A DNA stretch of 64,000 nt from Mobula birostris. Taxonomy: Eukaryota. Shown piece by piece: positions 38,385 through 51,400 of the stretch; position 1 is the first letter of the stretch; each line of letters opens with the position of its first letter. Position numbers and translations under genes: made by a program. A model generated the notes under the pieces. It saw only the letters and a program-made list of their open reading frames with translations. It was not told where the DNA came from and did no database searches. The DNA lies in contig NC_092398.1 of NCBI RefSeq assembly GCF_030028105.1, forward strand, positions 479,471 to 543,470, given 5' to 3'.

Positions 38385-38788
38385 TTGTTGAAATAGTGAA
38401 ATAGTTTCAGTTTCACTCCCGGCCATTTCTGGTATCTCTAAGCCTGAATGCTTGAAACCGCAGTGAGCAAAACAGTTTCAAATTGTCTTACTGCTTCTTT
38501 CCCGCCAACTGTCAGTGGCAAAAATCACCGCTGTTTGAACATAATCACACACAAGTGACGCTATTTAAAATCTGCTCACTCTAAGCACTGCGCAGTGTCT
38601 AATTGCTACACAAGTGTGTATGTCTGACGCTAGTTTAAAAACTGTTCGGTAAGTCTCCTGTCCCAATTAAGTCCCAAATAAATGAAGGGAAGCCTGTCTA
38701 TTTTCTCAATTAGGTTTGTTCTTTAAGAGTTGTCCCAAATTAGTGGCTGACTTGATTAATCTTTGGCCCAATTAACTGGAATCTACTG
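38385..38788. mobile_element. Truncated pogo/Tigger-like non-autonomous element
   Basis: Colinear with 61840-62255; ends aatctactg-TA. Confidence 0.75.
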
Positions 38789-39229
38789 TACAAAAATAGA
38801 AACCAAAAGCAGCAAATGTTGGCTATGCTCAGCTGCTCAGGCAGCATCTATGAGGAGACAAACTGAGTTGATGCTTTTATTACCTTGACACTCTGGGTTT
38901 CACCTTAGAAGCAAAATCCTTCCTTCCCCTGCAACTTCAAGCAGTCTTACGTTCTCCAAAGCAACACACACAAAATACTGGAATAAACAGTCGATGTTTC
39001 AGGCCGAGGCCCTTCGCCAGGTCTCTTTACTTTCTCCATTCTGATGCAAGCTCCTTCAACTGAAAGGTGCCCTATGTTTCTCTCTTCATTGATACTGACT
39101 GACCTGCTGAGCATTGTTCTCTCCTCGGGGACCGATCAGATCCGCATTGACCTCAGTCCACTACCTTTTGTAGGATTTTCCATTCAAAGGCATTGGTGTT
39201 TCCATACCAGGCCGTGATGCAGCCAGTCC

Positions 39230-39565
39230 ATATACCCTTCCGTGTTTGGCCCATATCTCTCCAAACTTTTCCTATCTGTGTACTGTCCAAATGCCTTTTA
39301 AAAGTTGCAATTGTACCTGCCTCAACCACTCCCTCTGGCAGCTCGTTCCAGGTTCCCACCGCGTTCTGTGTGGAATAACATTTCCCTCTGGCCCCCCTTC
39401 AATTTTTTCCCTCTCACCCTAAGCCTGTTTCTTCTGAGTCCCAATGAAGGGTCTCGGCCCGAAACGTCGACTGTGCTTCCTCCTACAGATGCTGTCTGGC
39501 CTGCTGCGTTCCACCAGCACTTTGTGTGTCTTCCCCTGGTTTTAGTCTCCCTTATCCTGGGGATA
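39230..39565 (-). mobile_element. CR1 3' fragment with Penelope pseudo-LTR piece inserted (about 39428-39530, +)
   Basis: WNELPEGVVEAGTIATFKRHLD on minus; insert carries gaagggtctcggcccgaaacgtcgactg. Confidence 0.8.
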
Positions 39566-41274
39566 AATCTCCAACTCTACACAACATTGCCCAATATAAG
39601 GTCATTTTTGTTCTGGCCAACTCTGATGTTAATGAGCTGAGTTTGCCTCTCCAGGAGCCGCCAATTCCCAGCATGGATTTTAATTTCTGATTTCCAACGA
39701 CTGCCATGTTCGGTACTTCACAGTTCGAGTGCTGGTTTTCTTCTCATCTGCCCTCGATATCTGCCTCTATTTATATGGTCCCCAGAGAGCTGCTATTAAC
39801 CAGCCTTCACCACTTCTATCTGAAGGCTCTGAAAGTATTCGTGACATCTGGATTCCCTTTGCCGCCAGCCTCCCACAGACATTGTCTTTGTTTTCCCCAC
39901 TTCTCATTCTCCTTTGTCATTTAAAGCATACTTATTTTCTCTTTTCTCATACTTCATCAACCGGAAGTATTATCTCTGCTTCTCCCTCGGCAGATGCTGC
40001 TGGTCCTGCTGAGTGCTTCCACAGCTCCAGCTCAGCAGATTTTTGCTTTTTGAATGTCATCATGATTTTCTTTCACCATCCTTACCGACAGTGAGTTCCA
40101 GTGCACGGTTATTGTCTGAGTAAAATAGAAAACACTCACACTCACTGTATCTTCAGTGCAGAATTTTAAATATGGCCCCCCAGTCCCAGTGTCACCCACA
40201 GGTAGACTCTGCGTCCCTCTGCCTTATCCAAGATGGTCAGTCTGCTTCACCAAGTGACCGTACTTAAGCGGGCGTCATCGTTAGCGTAGTCTCCATCTGA
40301 TGTGACTACACTTCAGGGAATCAAATTATATGGAAAGGAATGGTATTGATATAAACGATCAGTGGACGTCAGAGAAGGCACGAGGGCTGTTTTTAATGTT
40401 CATTTCCAGCTGTACCTCTGAATTAAACTAAGAACAGAACTCAACTGATTTGTCCCCCAGTCAGTCCCTCGGAGGGAGAAGCCAGCTGTTTACCAACTAA
40501 TCATCATGCTGGGTTTGAAACTGGTTGCTTACAGCTTTGCACTGCCTGTTCACTTCAGCTGCTGGACATCTCGGGGGTGACATAAAGATAGCGGGGTGAA
40601 GGGATATGGGGAGAAGGCAGGAAAAGGGTACTGGTTGTGGATGATCAGCCATGATCACAGTGAATGGTGGTGCTGGCTCGAAGGGCTGAATGGCCTGCTC
40701 CTGCACCTGTTGTCTATTGTCTATTGACGTGGCAGTGCAGTGGCTAGTCAACAGCATGAGGTGATGTTGCAGCTCTAGTTGTCTCCAGCCTCCCACAGAC
40801 ATTGTCTTTGTTTTCCCCACTTCTCATTCTCCTTTGTAATTTAAAGCATACTTATTTTCTCTTTTCTCATACTTCATCAACCTGAAGTATTATCTCTGCT
40901 TCTCCCTCTGCGGAAGGAATATTGAGTTCAGCTCATCTTGGGAAGGATTGTGAAAGGTGCAGAGGAGATTTATCAGGATGCTGCTTGGGTCAGAGAGCAG
41001 GTCTCCTGAGGAAAGGCTGAGTGAGCGAGGGCTTTTCTCTTTGGAGTGGTGACTTGATAGACGTTTAAGATGATAGGAGGCATCGACTGAGTGGACAACC
41101 AGTGCCATTTTCCCAGGATAGAAGCGGACATCCTTTTAAGGTGTTTGGAAGAGAGGGGTGTGTCAGAGGTAGGTTTAATACATAGAGCGTTATTGCTTGG
41201 AACACACTTCTGGTGGTGGTGACAGAAGTAGATACATTAGGAACATTTAAGGGCCTTTTAAGAGGGCTAATTTC

Positions 41275-41572
41275 CACTCCTATCAGATTCCATCTTGATT
41301 AGCCCCTTGCCTTTCCGACCAATCAACTCCACCTTTTCACATCAATCCCATTTCCACCCCATCCCCCTACCTGTCTCTCCCCTCTCACCTGGATTCACCT
41401 GTCACCCACCAGCTTTTGCTCCTCCCATCCTTTTATTCTGGCTTCTGCCCTCATGCTTTGGAGTCCTGATGAAACTTTGACTGTCCATTTCCCTCCATGG
41501 ATGCTGCCTGATCTGCTGAGTTCCTCCAGCACTCTGTGTGTGTTGCTCCAGATTTCCAGCATCTGCAGAATC
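41275..41572 (+). mobile_element. Penelope-like 3' end/pseudo-LTR
   Basis: tcctatcagattcc..gtcctgatgaa(deletion)..gatgctgcctgatctgctgagttcctccagca..tttccagcatctgcagaatc. Confidence 0.8.
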
Positions 41573-42789
41573 TTTAGTGACACATCAAATCCCAACAGCT
41601 GTTTCAAACTATTGGCATCTACTCTGAACACCACAAGAACAAAGGATACCGCTTTGGACTCAGTGGTCACACTTCACCATCTGAAGTGCCCCGCTGAGAT
41701 TCAATCACTACAGCCTTCAAAAGTTTCCATTAAGGTAAGAATCTCTCCAAACACTGGAGGAGCTTTCTTCACATGTTCAGTCCTTGTTTCATCCTCATAC
41801 TTTAGGTAGAGGTAATCAAATACTAAATAATTATGTTTGTTTGCAGGTTGGTATGGCAGACAGAACTGAGAACTGAAAAGGACTGTACAATACAAGAACA
41901 GGAACTTTTGCCTCCATGTCTGCCAATCTAAGCTAATCCCACGTGCCTGCAAGTGGTCCCTCCAAATGCAGATTGTGTTAGCACGAACTGGTTGGGCTGA
42001 CTGGCCTGTTTCTGTGCTCCAGTACTGTACGATGCATCTTGAGTGCAGTAAATTGGCTAGATACACACCATGAATGGTTGGACTCTTAAGAAGCTCTGAG
42101 AAACGGGGACAAGGATTCCTGAGGATGGCAGCCTGGGTAGATAAGATGGTGACATTGGCTGATGGGAAACTTGCCTTCGTTAGCTGAGGCACAGAACATA
42201 ACAGCAGGGAGGCTCAGGCACAACTTTATAAAGCATTGTTTAAGCCACAGCTAGAGTTCTGTGTACAGTTCTGGTCCCATACGATAGGAAGTACACAATT
42301 GCACTGGAGAGGGTGCAAAGGAGATTCACCAGGAGATGGAGAGAGTGGAGATGCTGGGTTTGGAGTGGGAAAGGCTAAAGGAGAGCTGAGTGAAATGTTC
42401 CTCTCTGCAGAGGAGCCTGTAAACAGGGGATGTGGAGAGGAGGTTTCACTCAGAGGGTGACTGGAATCTGGAACATACTATCCGGGACACAGGCTGTGTG
42501 AGTCTCTGCTCTTTTCACACGGGAATCTGAAATACCATTGGTAAGAAAGCTGCAGGCTGAGTATGGGATTCGTTCTCGAGGTCTGGCATGGATGCAGTGG
42601 GCTGAATGGCCTGTCGCCATGCTGTAGCACAGTGATCATTATCATAATGTTCAACATCTGAAGTTAACCCCTCAATAAAACATTAACATTACTTCTGACG
42701 ACATATTTGTGCATGGCAAGGTTGATTTACAAGAGCACAACACTGTTGTCATTGTTGAATAACCAGGCATTACTTCCTGAGTATTAATG

Positions 42790-43230
42790 TCCTTAAGACC
42801 CATAAGATATAGGAGCAGAATTAGGCCATTTGGCCCATTGAGTCTGCTCCGCCATTTCATCATGGCTGATCCATTTGTCGTCTCAGCCCCAATCTCCTGC
42901 CTTCTACCCGTAACTGTTCATGCTCTGATAATCTAGTACCTATCAACCTCTGCCTTAAATATACCTAATAATTTGCCCTCCACAGCTGCCTGTGGCAACG
43001 AATTCCACAGATTCGCCACTCTTTGGTTAAAAAAATTCCTCCTCATCTCCATCCTAAATGGACCCCCCTCTATTCTGAGGCTGTGTCCTCATGTCCCCGA
43101 CTTGCCCCACCATAGGAAACATCCTGTCCACATCCACTCTATCTAGGCCTTTCAACATTTGATAGGTTTCAATGAGATCCCCCCTCATTCTTCTAAATTC
43201 CAGCAAGTACAGACCCAGAGCCTGCTATGA
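42790..43230 (-). mobile_element. CR1 3' end
   Basis: cataagatataggagcagaattaggccatt..gtttcaatgagatccccc. Confidence 0.9.
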
Positions 43231-43737
43231 TAAGCTGCCTGACCTGCTGATACCCTCCAGCATTCTGAGTGTGTTGCTCTGGAACTAGCAGCAGTCAGAT
43301 GCTGCACTGACCTGAACCATTCAAGCCCTTTCTCCAATTTGGTTATAACTTGAAAGAGGAAATGAGTCAGCAGGGGTTGTTGTCCAACCAGTACTGTGTG
43401 AAAGTGCTGAACAATCCCAGGCCACAGTTCACAGGTCACCCTGGTGCATTGTTGCACGGGGTGATGCAAAACTTCATTCTACAGTTTACAAAGCAAATGA
43501 TGAACCTTGTGATTCCTTTCAGATTCTGGGTGTGTCAGCCTGGTTCGGTCTCCACTAACCTTTGCAATTAATCACTTTCATTGACTAAAACTGGCTTGAT
43601 CCCACTATGAAACTCTGCCAAACAGACATTATACTTTGCATAGTTTAGCTCTGGAATCTAGAATAGAGTTTACAAAACCAGATGCATTGACTTGGACCCA
43701 CTATTTCAACATGCAAAGACAGAGTGAATTCAATAAC

Positions 43738-44553
43738 ACACACTGATCAGGGAGACCTACCCTTCATTCTACATCACCCATCTCTCCTATTCCAAATACA
43801 CTGACCAGGGAGACCTCACTCTACATCACCATCACCGCAATTCCAAATACACTGACCAGGGAGACCTCCTCATTCTACATCACCCATCTCTCCAATTCCA
43901 TATACACTGACCAGGGAGACCTCACTCTACAGCACCCATCTCTCCAATTCCAAACACACTGACCAGGAAGACCTCACTCCACAGCACCCATCTCTCCAAT
44001 TTTATTTTTTTTTTTAGGCATCCATTAGTCTCATGAGACCATGGATTTGTGCCTTGGAAGGTTTCCAGGACGCAGGCCTGGGCAAGGTTGTATTGGAGAC
44101 CAGCAGTTGCCCATGCTGCAAGTCTCCCCTCTCCACGCCACCGATGTTGTCCAAGGGAGGGGCATTAGGACCCATACAGCTTGGAACCAGTGTTGTCACA
44201 GAGCAATGTGTGGTTAAGTGCCTTGCTCAAGGACACACACGCTGCCTCAGCCAAGGCTCGAACTAGCGACCTTCAGATCACTAGACGAACGCCTTAACCA
44301 CTTGGCTACACGCCAACACAATTACAAATACACTAACCAGGGAGACCTCCCTTCACTCTACACCACCCATCTCTCCAATTCCAAATACACTTGACAAGGG
44401 ACACCTCCTCACTCTGCAGCACCCATCTCTGCAATTCTAAACACACTAACCAGGGAGACTTCCTCACTCTACATCACCCATCTCTGCAATTCCAAATACA
44501 TTGACCAGGGAGACCTCCCTTTACTCTGAAGCACCCATCTCTCCCATTGCAAA
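43738..44553. repeat. 52-57-bp minisatellite interrupted by a SINE
   Basis: cactgaccagggagacctcactctacatcacccatctctccaattccaaata on both sides of 44001-44320. Confidence 0.9.
44001..44320 (-). mobile_element. tRNA-derived SINE (copy 2) with poly(A) tail
   Basis: Reverse complement of 1536-1836; B-box-like agttcgagcc retained; T-run at 44001-44015. Confidence 0.88.
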
Positions 44554-45172
44554 TAATGAGTTAAAATGAAATTTCTGTTTCTTCTCTCGTAAAGCCTATT
44601 AAGTCTTTGTCCCCTCCCTCTCTGTTAATCATGGGGAGAGTTTCTGTTAACTGGTTGAAAGTTCAGCTCGATAATTCCTGGTTTTTGGAGCTCACTGCCT
44701 GAAACTGCCTGTTACTGTTATTTCTGGTCACTCCATCCCGACTGTTCATTATTTCATTTAGTTTAATTAACTCTCCATCTCCTTTGTGCTAACAACCCAG
44801 CCCCTGTCAGTTCACTTCCACTCAGTGCACAAATTAAAGCAGAAAAATGTGGAGTCAGATAGCAGCTCGGTCAAGAGAAACAATCTCTGTTTCAGGTCAA
44901 TGATTGTTCATCAGAGTCGGGGAGTGAGAAAAGAAGTTAGTTATAAATTACAGGGAGGTTAGGGGAAGGAAAGATAGGACTAAAGGAATATCTCCAACAG
45001 CAAGAGGCACAGGGTTGACATTGAGATATGATGTAAGAGGCACATGATGTGATGTTTATGAAACCATCCAGTTGATAGATTAATGAGGGCTGTGAGAGAG
45101 TGTGCAAGAGGGGGAGAACAAAGCCATTCATCAAGGTAGTACAGTCCATAAGGCATAGGAGCGGAAAAATAA

Positions 45173-46861
45173 CACTAGACAGCAATTTTTTTTCGAAGGT
45201 GTTGCTTCAGATTACTTGTATCATATAAGAATTTGGAGAAACAAGAAATTAACTTTTATTGAATATATGCATTTAAATGCATAACAGTGCTGATGCTTTG
45301 CAATAGTTCAACTAAACCAAAAATGTTTTGTTGATGATTTTCATTTGTACTCAGTGTCTGAGGCTTCTTGCTTAAGTGTCCAACAATAATCAGCCAGCGT
45401 TGATGGATTTCAGTTGCCCTGATCCCATTTCTCTATGACCACAATGTCCTGGTGGAACTTTCCAGCATGCTCGTCACTGACAGCGCCAAGATCTGCAGGG
45501 ATGAAGTCTAGATGGGAGTGCAGAAAATGAATCTTTAGTGACATGTTGCAGTTCATGGTTTTGTATGCTTCAAGCATGTTGCCAACCAGCTTAATAGGTA
45601 CATTTAATGTCAGAGAACTGTATCTATTGAACCTGTTGAACTAGCTGTATGTAGTTTGGTGCTCTGTAGTTGCCAGGAAAATTTTCAATATCCTTGAATG
45701 CCTTCCATGCGATTTTCTCCGGTACGGTTCGAAGTTCTTAGAATTTGCCTGTCATTGGTGATCTATTTGATATGTGGACCAACAAAAAATGCCTTCCTCA
45801 ATCTTGGTATTGGTTATTCTGGGAAACATCTCTCTCAAATATCAAAATCTTTCATGGAAACTTTTGTGCCAGCAGATTCCATCCTTGCATTCTTGAACCC
45901 AGTAATTCTGCTTTTGCCTTTGACAAACCCAGGTCACTTTACTCAGACTTGAGTTCTGACATGAGGCTCGCTCCACATAGAGGGTTCAAAATCTGTATGA
46001 GTATTGGTGTCTTTTTCCACTTCTGGCTCATGCACCAAGGCATCTGCAGTTACCACCTCTAGACTCTCTGTCTCTGGTGGCTTCGGTACTGGAAGACATT
46101 TGTCATGCAGCACAGGTCTCATGACTGAAGCGAGATTATGGTATTCAAAGGATACTTTGTTTTTTTAGCAGAGATACCAGACACACTGGTCAGACAGAAG
46201 TAGTAGTCTGCCACATGATCCTTTTGCTCTCGCCATATCATCGGGACGGCGAACAGCATTGACTTCTGAGTACCTCTGGGCCAAGCTCTGAGATCGACAG
46301 CAAATGTCAGAGCCCAGTCTTTGTCTAGGTCGCCAATCTTACACCCAAAATAGAGTTCATAGGCTTTCTTAAAAGAGGAGTCATGCTTTGTCGTTGAGAT
46401 TTAAGGATATACTTGCCACAAATATAACATTGGTGAGACATTTTGCTATCATAAATACTCCTGAAAATACAATTACTTTTTTATAATGAGTACACACAAT
46501 ATACTGTGTGCATTGAGCGTGCACATCAACGTGATCACAAACTAATATACATGTGATTGCAGTGCATAGAATGAAGGTGCGTGTGGTGCTTTTATAACCT
46601 TTCTAAAACCTGTCCTGCCATGCAGCATCCACCTTACCTAAGCCTGCCCAGGCACGCCTGGACAAGATAGAAAACTCTTCAGCTTATATTGTGGGCAACA
46701 TTTTAATTGACTTGAATTATGAATTGAAATAACAAATATAGGCAACTTTTAAAAAATGGTGCGTGATAGAAAAATTTCATGGTGATTTTCATGATCAGCA
46801 GCCCAAAATCCATAAGATACACCCAAAAGTATTCAGGAAGCCAACTCTTTGTTGTTCAATG
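45173..46861 (-). mobile_element. Chapaev3 (CMC superfamily) DNA transposon, internally deleted
   Basis: Minus-strand transposase relics CYICGKY, AYELYFGCKIGD, FAVPMIWREQKDH, MSLKIHFLHSHLDF..LGAVSDEH..FHQD, LADYCWTL; termini cactagacagcaa / ttgttgttcaatg; TAA on both flanks. Confidence 0.85.
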
Positions 46862-46864
46862 TAA

Positions 46865-47478
46865 TTAAATTAAATACGTTGTGCAAAAAGAGTAAAAAAA
46901 AGTAGTGAGGTAGTGTTCATGGGTTTATTGACCATTCAGGAATCTGATGGCAGAGAGGAAGTAGGTGTTCCTGAATTGCTGAGTGTGTACCTTCAGGCTC
47001 CTGTACCTCCTCCCTGATGGTAGCAATGAGAAGAGGGCATGTCCTGAGTAATGGGGGTCCTTAATGAAGGATGCTACCTTTTTAAGGCATCACCTTATGA
47101 AGATGTCCTCAATGCTCAGAAAGGTAGAGCCCATGATGGTGTTGGATACATTTGCAACTTTCTGCAGCTTTTTCCAATCCTGTGCAGTGGCCCCTCCATA
47201 CCAGATGGTAATGGAACCAATTAGAAAGCTCTCCATGGTACATCTGTAGAAATTTGCAAGTGTCTCTGATGATATACCAAGCCTCCTTAAACTCCCAATG
47301 AAATATAGCTGCTGTCGTGCCTTCTTTGTAATTGCATTAATATGTTGGGTTCAGGGTAGATCTTCAGAGATGTTGACACTCAGGAACTTAAAACTGTTCA
47401 CTCTTTCTGCTGCTGTTCTCGATGAGGACTGATGCGTGTCCCTTTGGTTTCCCCTTCCTGAAGTCCACAGTCCGTTCC
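46865..47478 (-). mobile_element. Rex1/Babar 3' fragment
   Basis: Reverse complement of 4080-4610-type sequence (gaagtccac, gcagtggcccctccatacca, ctgatggtagcaatgagaagagggc). Confidence 0.85.
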
Positions 47479-47818
47479 TTGCATTCAGATTCAGATCATT
47501 TATTTATCACGTGTACTTCGAAACCTACAGAGAAACATTTTGTTTGCTTTAACAACCAACACAACCTAAGGGTTTGCAGAGGGCAGCCCGCAAGAGTCTG
47601 GCACCTGTATAGCATGTCCACAACAAGAAAACAAGATGACAACAGCAAAACAAGCCCCGGACATACAAACACACACACATATACACAGACACATGCATAG
47701 AGACACAGACACACAGTCACACACAGGTACAGATACAGACATACACAGGTACAGATGTGGACACATAGACGGAGGGGCAGATATACACTCAGGCACAGAT
47801 GCACATACAGACATACAT

Positions 47819-48177
47819 NNNNNNNNNNNNNNNNNNNNNNNNNNNNNNNNNNNNNNNNNNNNNNNNNNNNNNNNNNNNNNNNNNNNNNNNNNNNNNNNNN
47901 NNNNNNNNNNNNNNNNNNNNNNNNNNNNNNNNNNNNNNNNNNNNNNNNNNNNNNNNNNNNNNNNNNNNNNNNNNNNNNNNNNNNNNNNNNNNNNNNNNNN
48001 NNNNNNNNNNNNNNNNNNNNNNNNNNNNNNNNNNNNNNNNNNNNNNNNNNNNNNNNNNNNNNNNNNNNNNNNNNNNNNNNNNNNNNNNNNNNNNNNNNNN
48101 NNNNNNNNNNNNNNNNNNNNNNNNNNNNNNNNNNNNNNNNNNNNNNNNNNNNNNNNNNNNNNNNNNNNNNNNNNNNN
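47819..48177. other. Assembly gap (359 N) beside a CA-rich simple repeat
   Basis: Run of N preceded by an (acac/acag)-rich tract at 47660-47818. Confidence 0.99.
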
Positions 48178-48327
48178 ACAGGCTGCCTTTAGGCCTCCAA
48201 GCTGTGGACCCGGATTCTTTGACTCGCTGATATTGGGCCTCTGGCCTTCAGACCCTCAGCCAAACTCAGACTTACAAACATTAGGCCTCTGACCTCTGGA
48301 CTAGCCAAACCAGTCAACCTAATTGCA

Positions 48328-48462
48328 AATATGAGAAAATCTGCAGATGCTGGAAATTGAAGCAACACACACAAAATGCTGGAGGAACTCAGCAGGCCAG
48401 GCAGCATCTGTGGAAAAGAGTGAAGAGTCGACATTTCGGGCCGAGACCCTTCATCAGGATTC
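48328..48462 (-). mobile_element. Solo Penelope-like pseudo-LTR end
   Basis: ctgcagatgctggaaa..cacacaaaatgctggaggaactcagcaggccaggcagcatc. Confidence 0.85.
48425..48462 (-). ncRNA. Minimal type I hammerhead ribozyme motif
   Basis: Minus strand GAAUC CUGAUGA A GGG UCUCGG CCC GAAA U GUC GACUC: both core boxes, stem II, GUC triplet and stem I (one mismatch). Confidence 0.65.
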
Positions 48463-51400
48463 ATCTTTTCTATAGATTATTCCCACTCTCCTCCACATTC
48501 TCCGTGTCAGCAACTTTTGCCTCTTTATTTACACAATTTCCTTCTGAATCTACAAACGTACTTTTGCCAAGTATTCAGGCAGCAGAATGTAGATCAAACT
48601 GCTCAGTGGGAGGTGATTTTACAATGTTTGTTCAGTTTTAGTTTGATATATAAATAATATGGGACTTGCTCTGACACACCCAGTACCTTTGATTCCTCTG
48701 CAGTTCTAGGAATTAGTCAGGGTTTGTCACTGTGGGCTGTTACACCCAGCCCTGCAACGGATCTGAGAGTCTTATCCTTTAGTTTGTGGAAGTTTTTATT
48801 GAGAACAAGCTGAGTTTCATACCTGGAATGAACATGGCGCAGAAACCCTGCTGGCAGTGAGCGGTATTTGTGCAAACTTCATTTCCTTCTCTGTAAAACA
48901 GCAGCAAAATACTAGCCCTATTTCGACTGTGTGGGACCAGAGGTTCGCCTTCTGCATAACTGCAATACCGAGAATCTAGTCTGATAATAAACATCCCTGG
49001 GTGCTCAAACATTTGTTGGCAAAAGGGATGGGTCTGTGTTATCAATCTGGTATTAGATCAGAAAATGCTGGGAAGGTCAGACAGCGTCCATGCAGGGAGA
49101 AGCCAGTCAGACTGATGCATTTTGGGAAGTTACTCCATGGTAGAACAGACCGAACAAATGGCAGGGCCCGGGGAGCATGGAATAAATTGCATTTATTTTA
49201 AAGCAGATGCACTCAGGCCATGGACAGAATCATGGAACTGCAGTGTTACGACTATAGCTGAGAGGTGGGCAGAACTGGAAGCTTCAGGTTCCAGGGTACA
49301 GAGAGGGAGAGTTTGAAACTGGCACTAGGAAAAAGATGATCTTGATAAATGGCTTCATTCTTCTATGTTCTTATATATACCAAGTAAAAAGGAAGGCAAG
49401 TGAGATGTTGGGCTTCACTGCAAGTGGAATGCAGTACAAGGGTAAGGAGATCTTGGTGAGGGTGTATAGGGCTTTGGTGAGACCATACCTGAAGTATTGA
49501 ATGCAGTGTAGGTTTCAGTGGTGAAGGAAGGGAGACTTTGGTGAGACCATACCTGGGTTTTTGGATGCAGTCTCAGTGTCTGTGATAAAGGAAGTCTTTG
49601 GGGGACCATACCTGGGTTTTTGGATGCAGTGTATGTTTCTGTGATGAACAAAGGGAGATTTGCCGTGATATCTGATATAGTGAATATTTCTTTGATTTAT
49701 TGCTCAAATGGAGGGCTATCTGCCCATTGATCAATCCTGAGTACACTGGCCTTTTCTCTCTGTGTTCAAATAACTGAGGGATGGCCCCTGAGAAACATAC
49801 AGCTTTTGGTGGGATACTGAGAGGTTTCTCGGCAGCCTGCAGATTTTAGTAGTACGAAGATTCATGTCAGGGTGACGTCTGGCCATTTGGAAATGAGATG
49901 AAGGGAAAATTACTCTTTCTTGATTCCTTCACGTGGTACTTTGAATTCTCTACCTCAGGGGGCAGTGGTATAAGTCAAAGTTAAGTTTGTTGTCATCTGC
50001 ACAAGTACGTATATGCACAGGTGCAATGCAAAACTTACTTGCAGCAGCTTCACAGGCACATATTCAAATAAAAGGCAGATTTTGGAGTGCAAAGGGGATT
50101 GAGGGATTTGGAGACTCAAAGTGAACTTGTGACAGGTGACCAGCACTGATGTTGTGGAATGCCAGGGCGGGCACAAAGTGGCTACCTTGACCTCTTCCAG
50201 ATTCGTAGCTCTACAAGGAAGTGATGCCAGCATCAAACACAGTGCTGAGAAACATCGTGGTCCCCACTCAATGTTGAAGGTCTAAGCATTGAGGAAACAG
50301 TCAAGATTTAGAGCTTTTTGCTTGTCAAAGGGAAATTAATAGGTTGTAAAGAAACATTTGACAGTTTACAGAATGCAATAGCCCATAGTGGTATTGAAGT
50401 TTAAATTAAATCTACACGAGTACGCTAAAGAGACAGGTACAAACCAGTGAAAGATAAATTAAAGACTGACATCAGGAAAGTTTTCTTTGTGTTGAGATTG
50501 GTTGCATTTAGGTTAGAGCTTTAGGTTTCCAAGCAGACAATTGAAGCATTAAATCTTCAGTTAAGTGTTGTCAAGTGAGCACATGAAGACATTTCTGGGT
50601 GGATTTCTTAACCCCATATAATGCTGTGTACAAGTATTCTGGAGTCTTCAGGGTAAATTGGGAATGTAGTAAATTCCAACAGAATAATGTGTCTGGAATC
50701 CTGGAAGGAAACAGGTACGCCTGATGTTTACACCTGAAAGGTGCACCTGATGTTTCTGCTGTGACAAGGTCAATGCCAGTAGTGAGGGTTATGGTGCATT
50801 GTGCAACTTCCTGTGGGCACTTTGCCAGTTTGGTGTACAGCTCTCTCCCACAGACACAGAATGCTGGAGGAACTCAGCATGTGAGATGAACAGTCGATAT
50901 TTTGGGCCGACTCTCCGTTTATGTCAGGGGTTTTTGCCAGGTTTGCTGCCATCACCTGCCTCTGCCAGGCCTGACTTCTGCTCCTGTCTGAAGACAGAAC
51001 CAGGGGTGTTCTTGGGAGTGGCTGGTGTTTTGTGAAGTGGCTAATTACAAAAAATACATCCTGAGTTGTGTTTTAAAAAGCATTGAGTTAAGAGAAAATG
51101 TTTTCAGATTTCTGTTCGGAAGTTGCTTATATCTCAGCTTTAGCATTTACCTCTCACCTTAGCTATGCCTCTAGGGTTTGTCACATCACCCTGGGTAGGG
51201 TCCTGGAACACACCGTCATAGAAAGATTCAGACAACCACAGAGTAGCATAGCTCGTGAACAGGCCCTTCAGCCCATCTTGTCATGCTGACCATGATGTCC
51301 ACCTGTCCTAGTCCCATTTGGCTGATATGGCCCATATCTGCTTAAGCTTTCCCAACTGTCTTTTAAAAATTGATGTTGTACCTGCTCTACTATTTTATCT

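Noticed and set aside
39865-40908. LTR retroelement or TRIM bounded by the 124-bp repeats
   Set aside because: No TG..CA ends, PBS, PPT or TSD; the interior is unique DNA plus CR1 debris.
47636-48292. Long ORFs of 143-218 aa
   Set aside because: Artefacts of translating through the N gap and CA-rich repeat.
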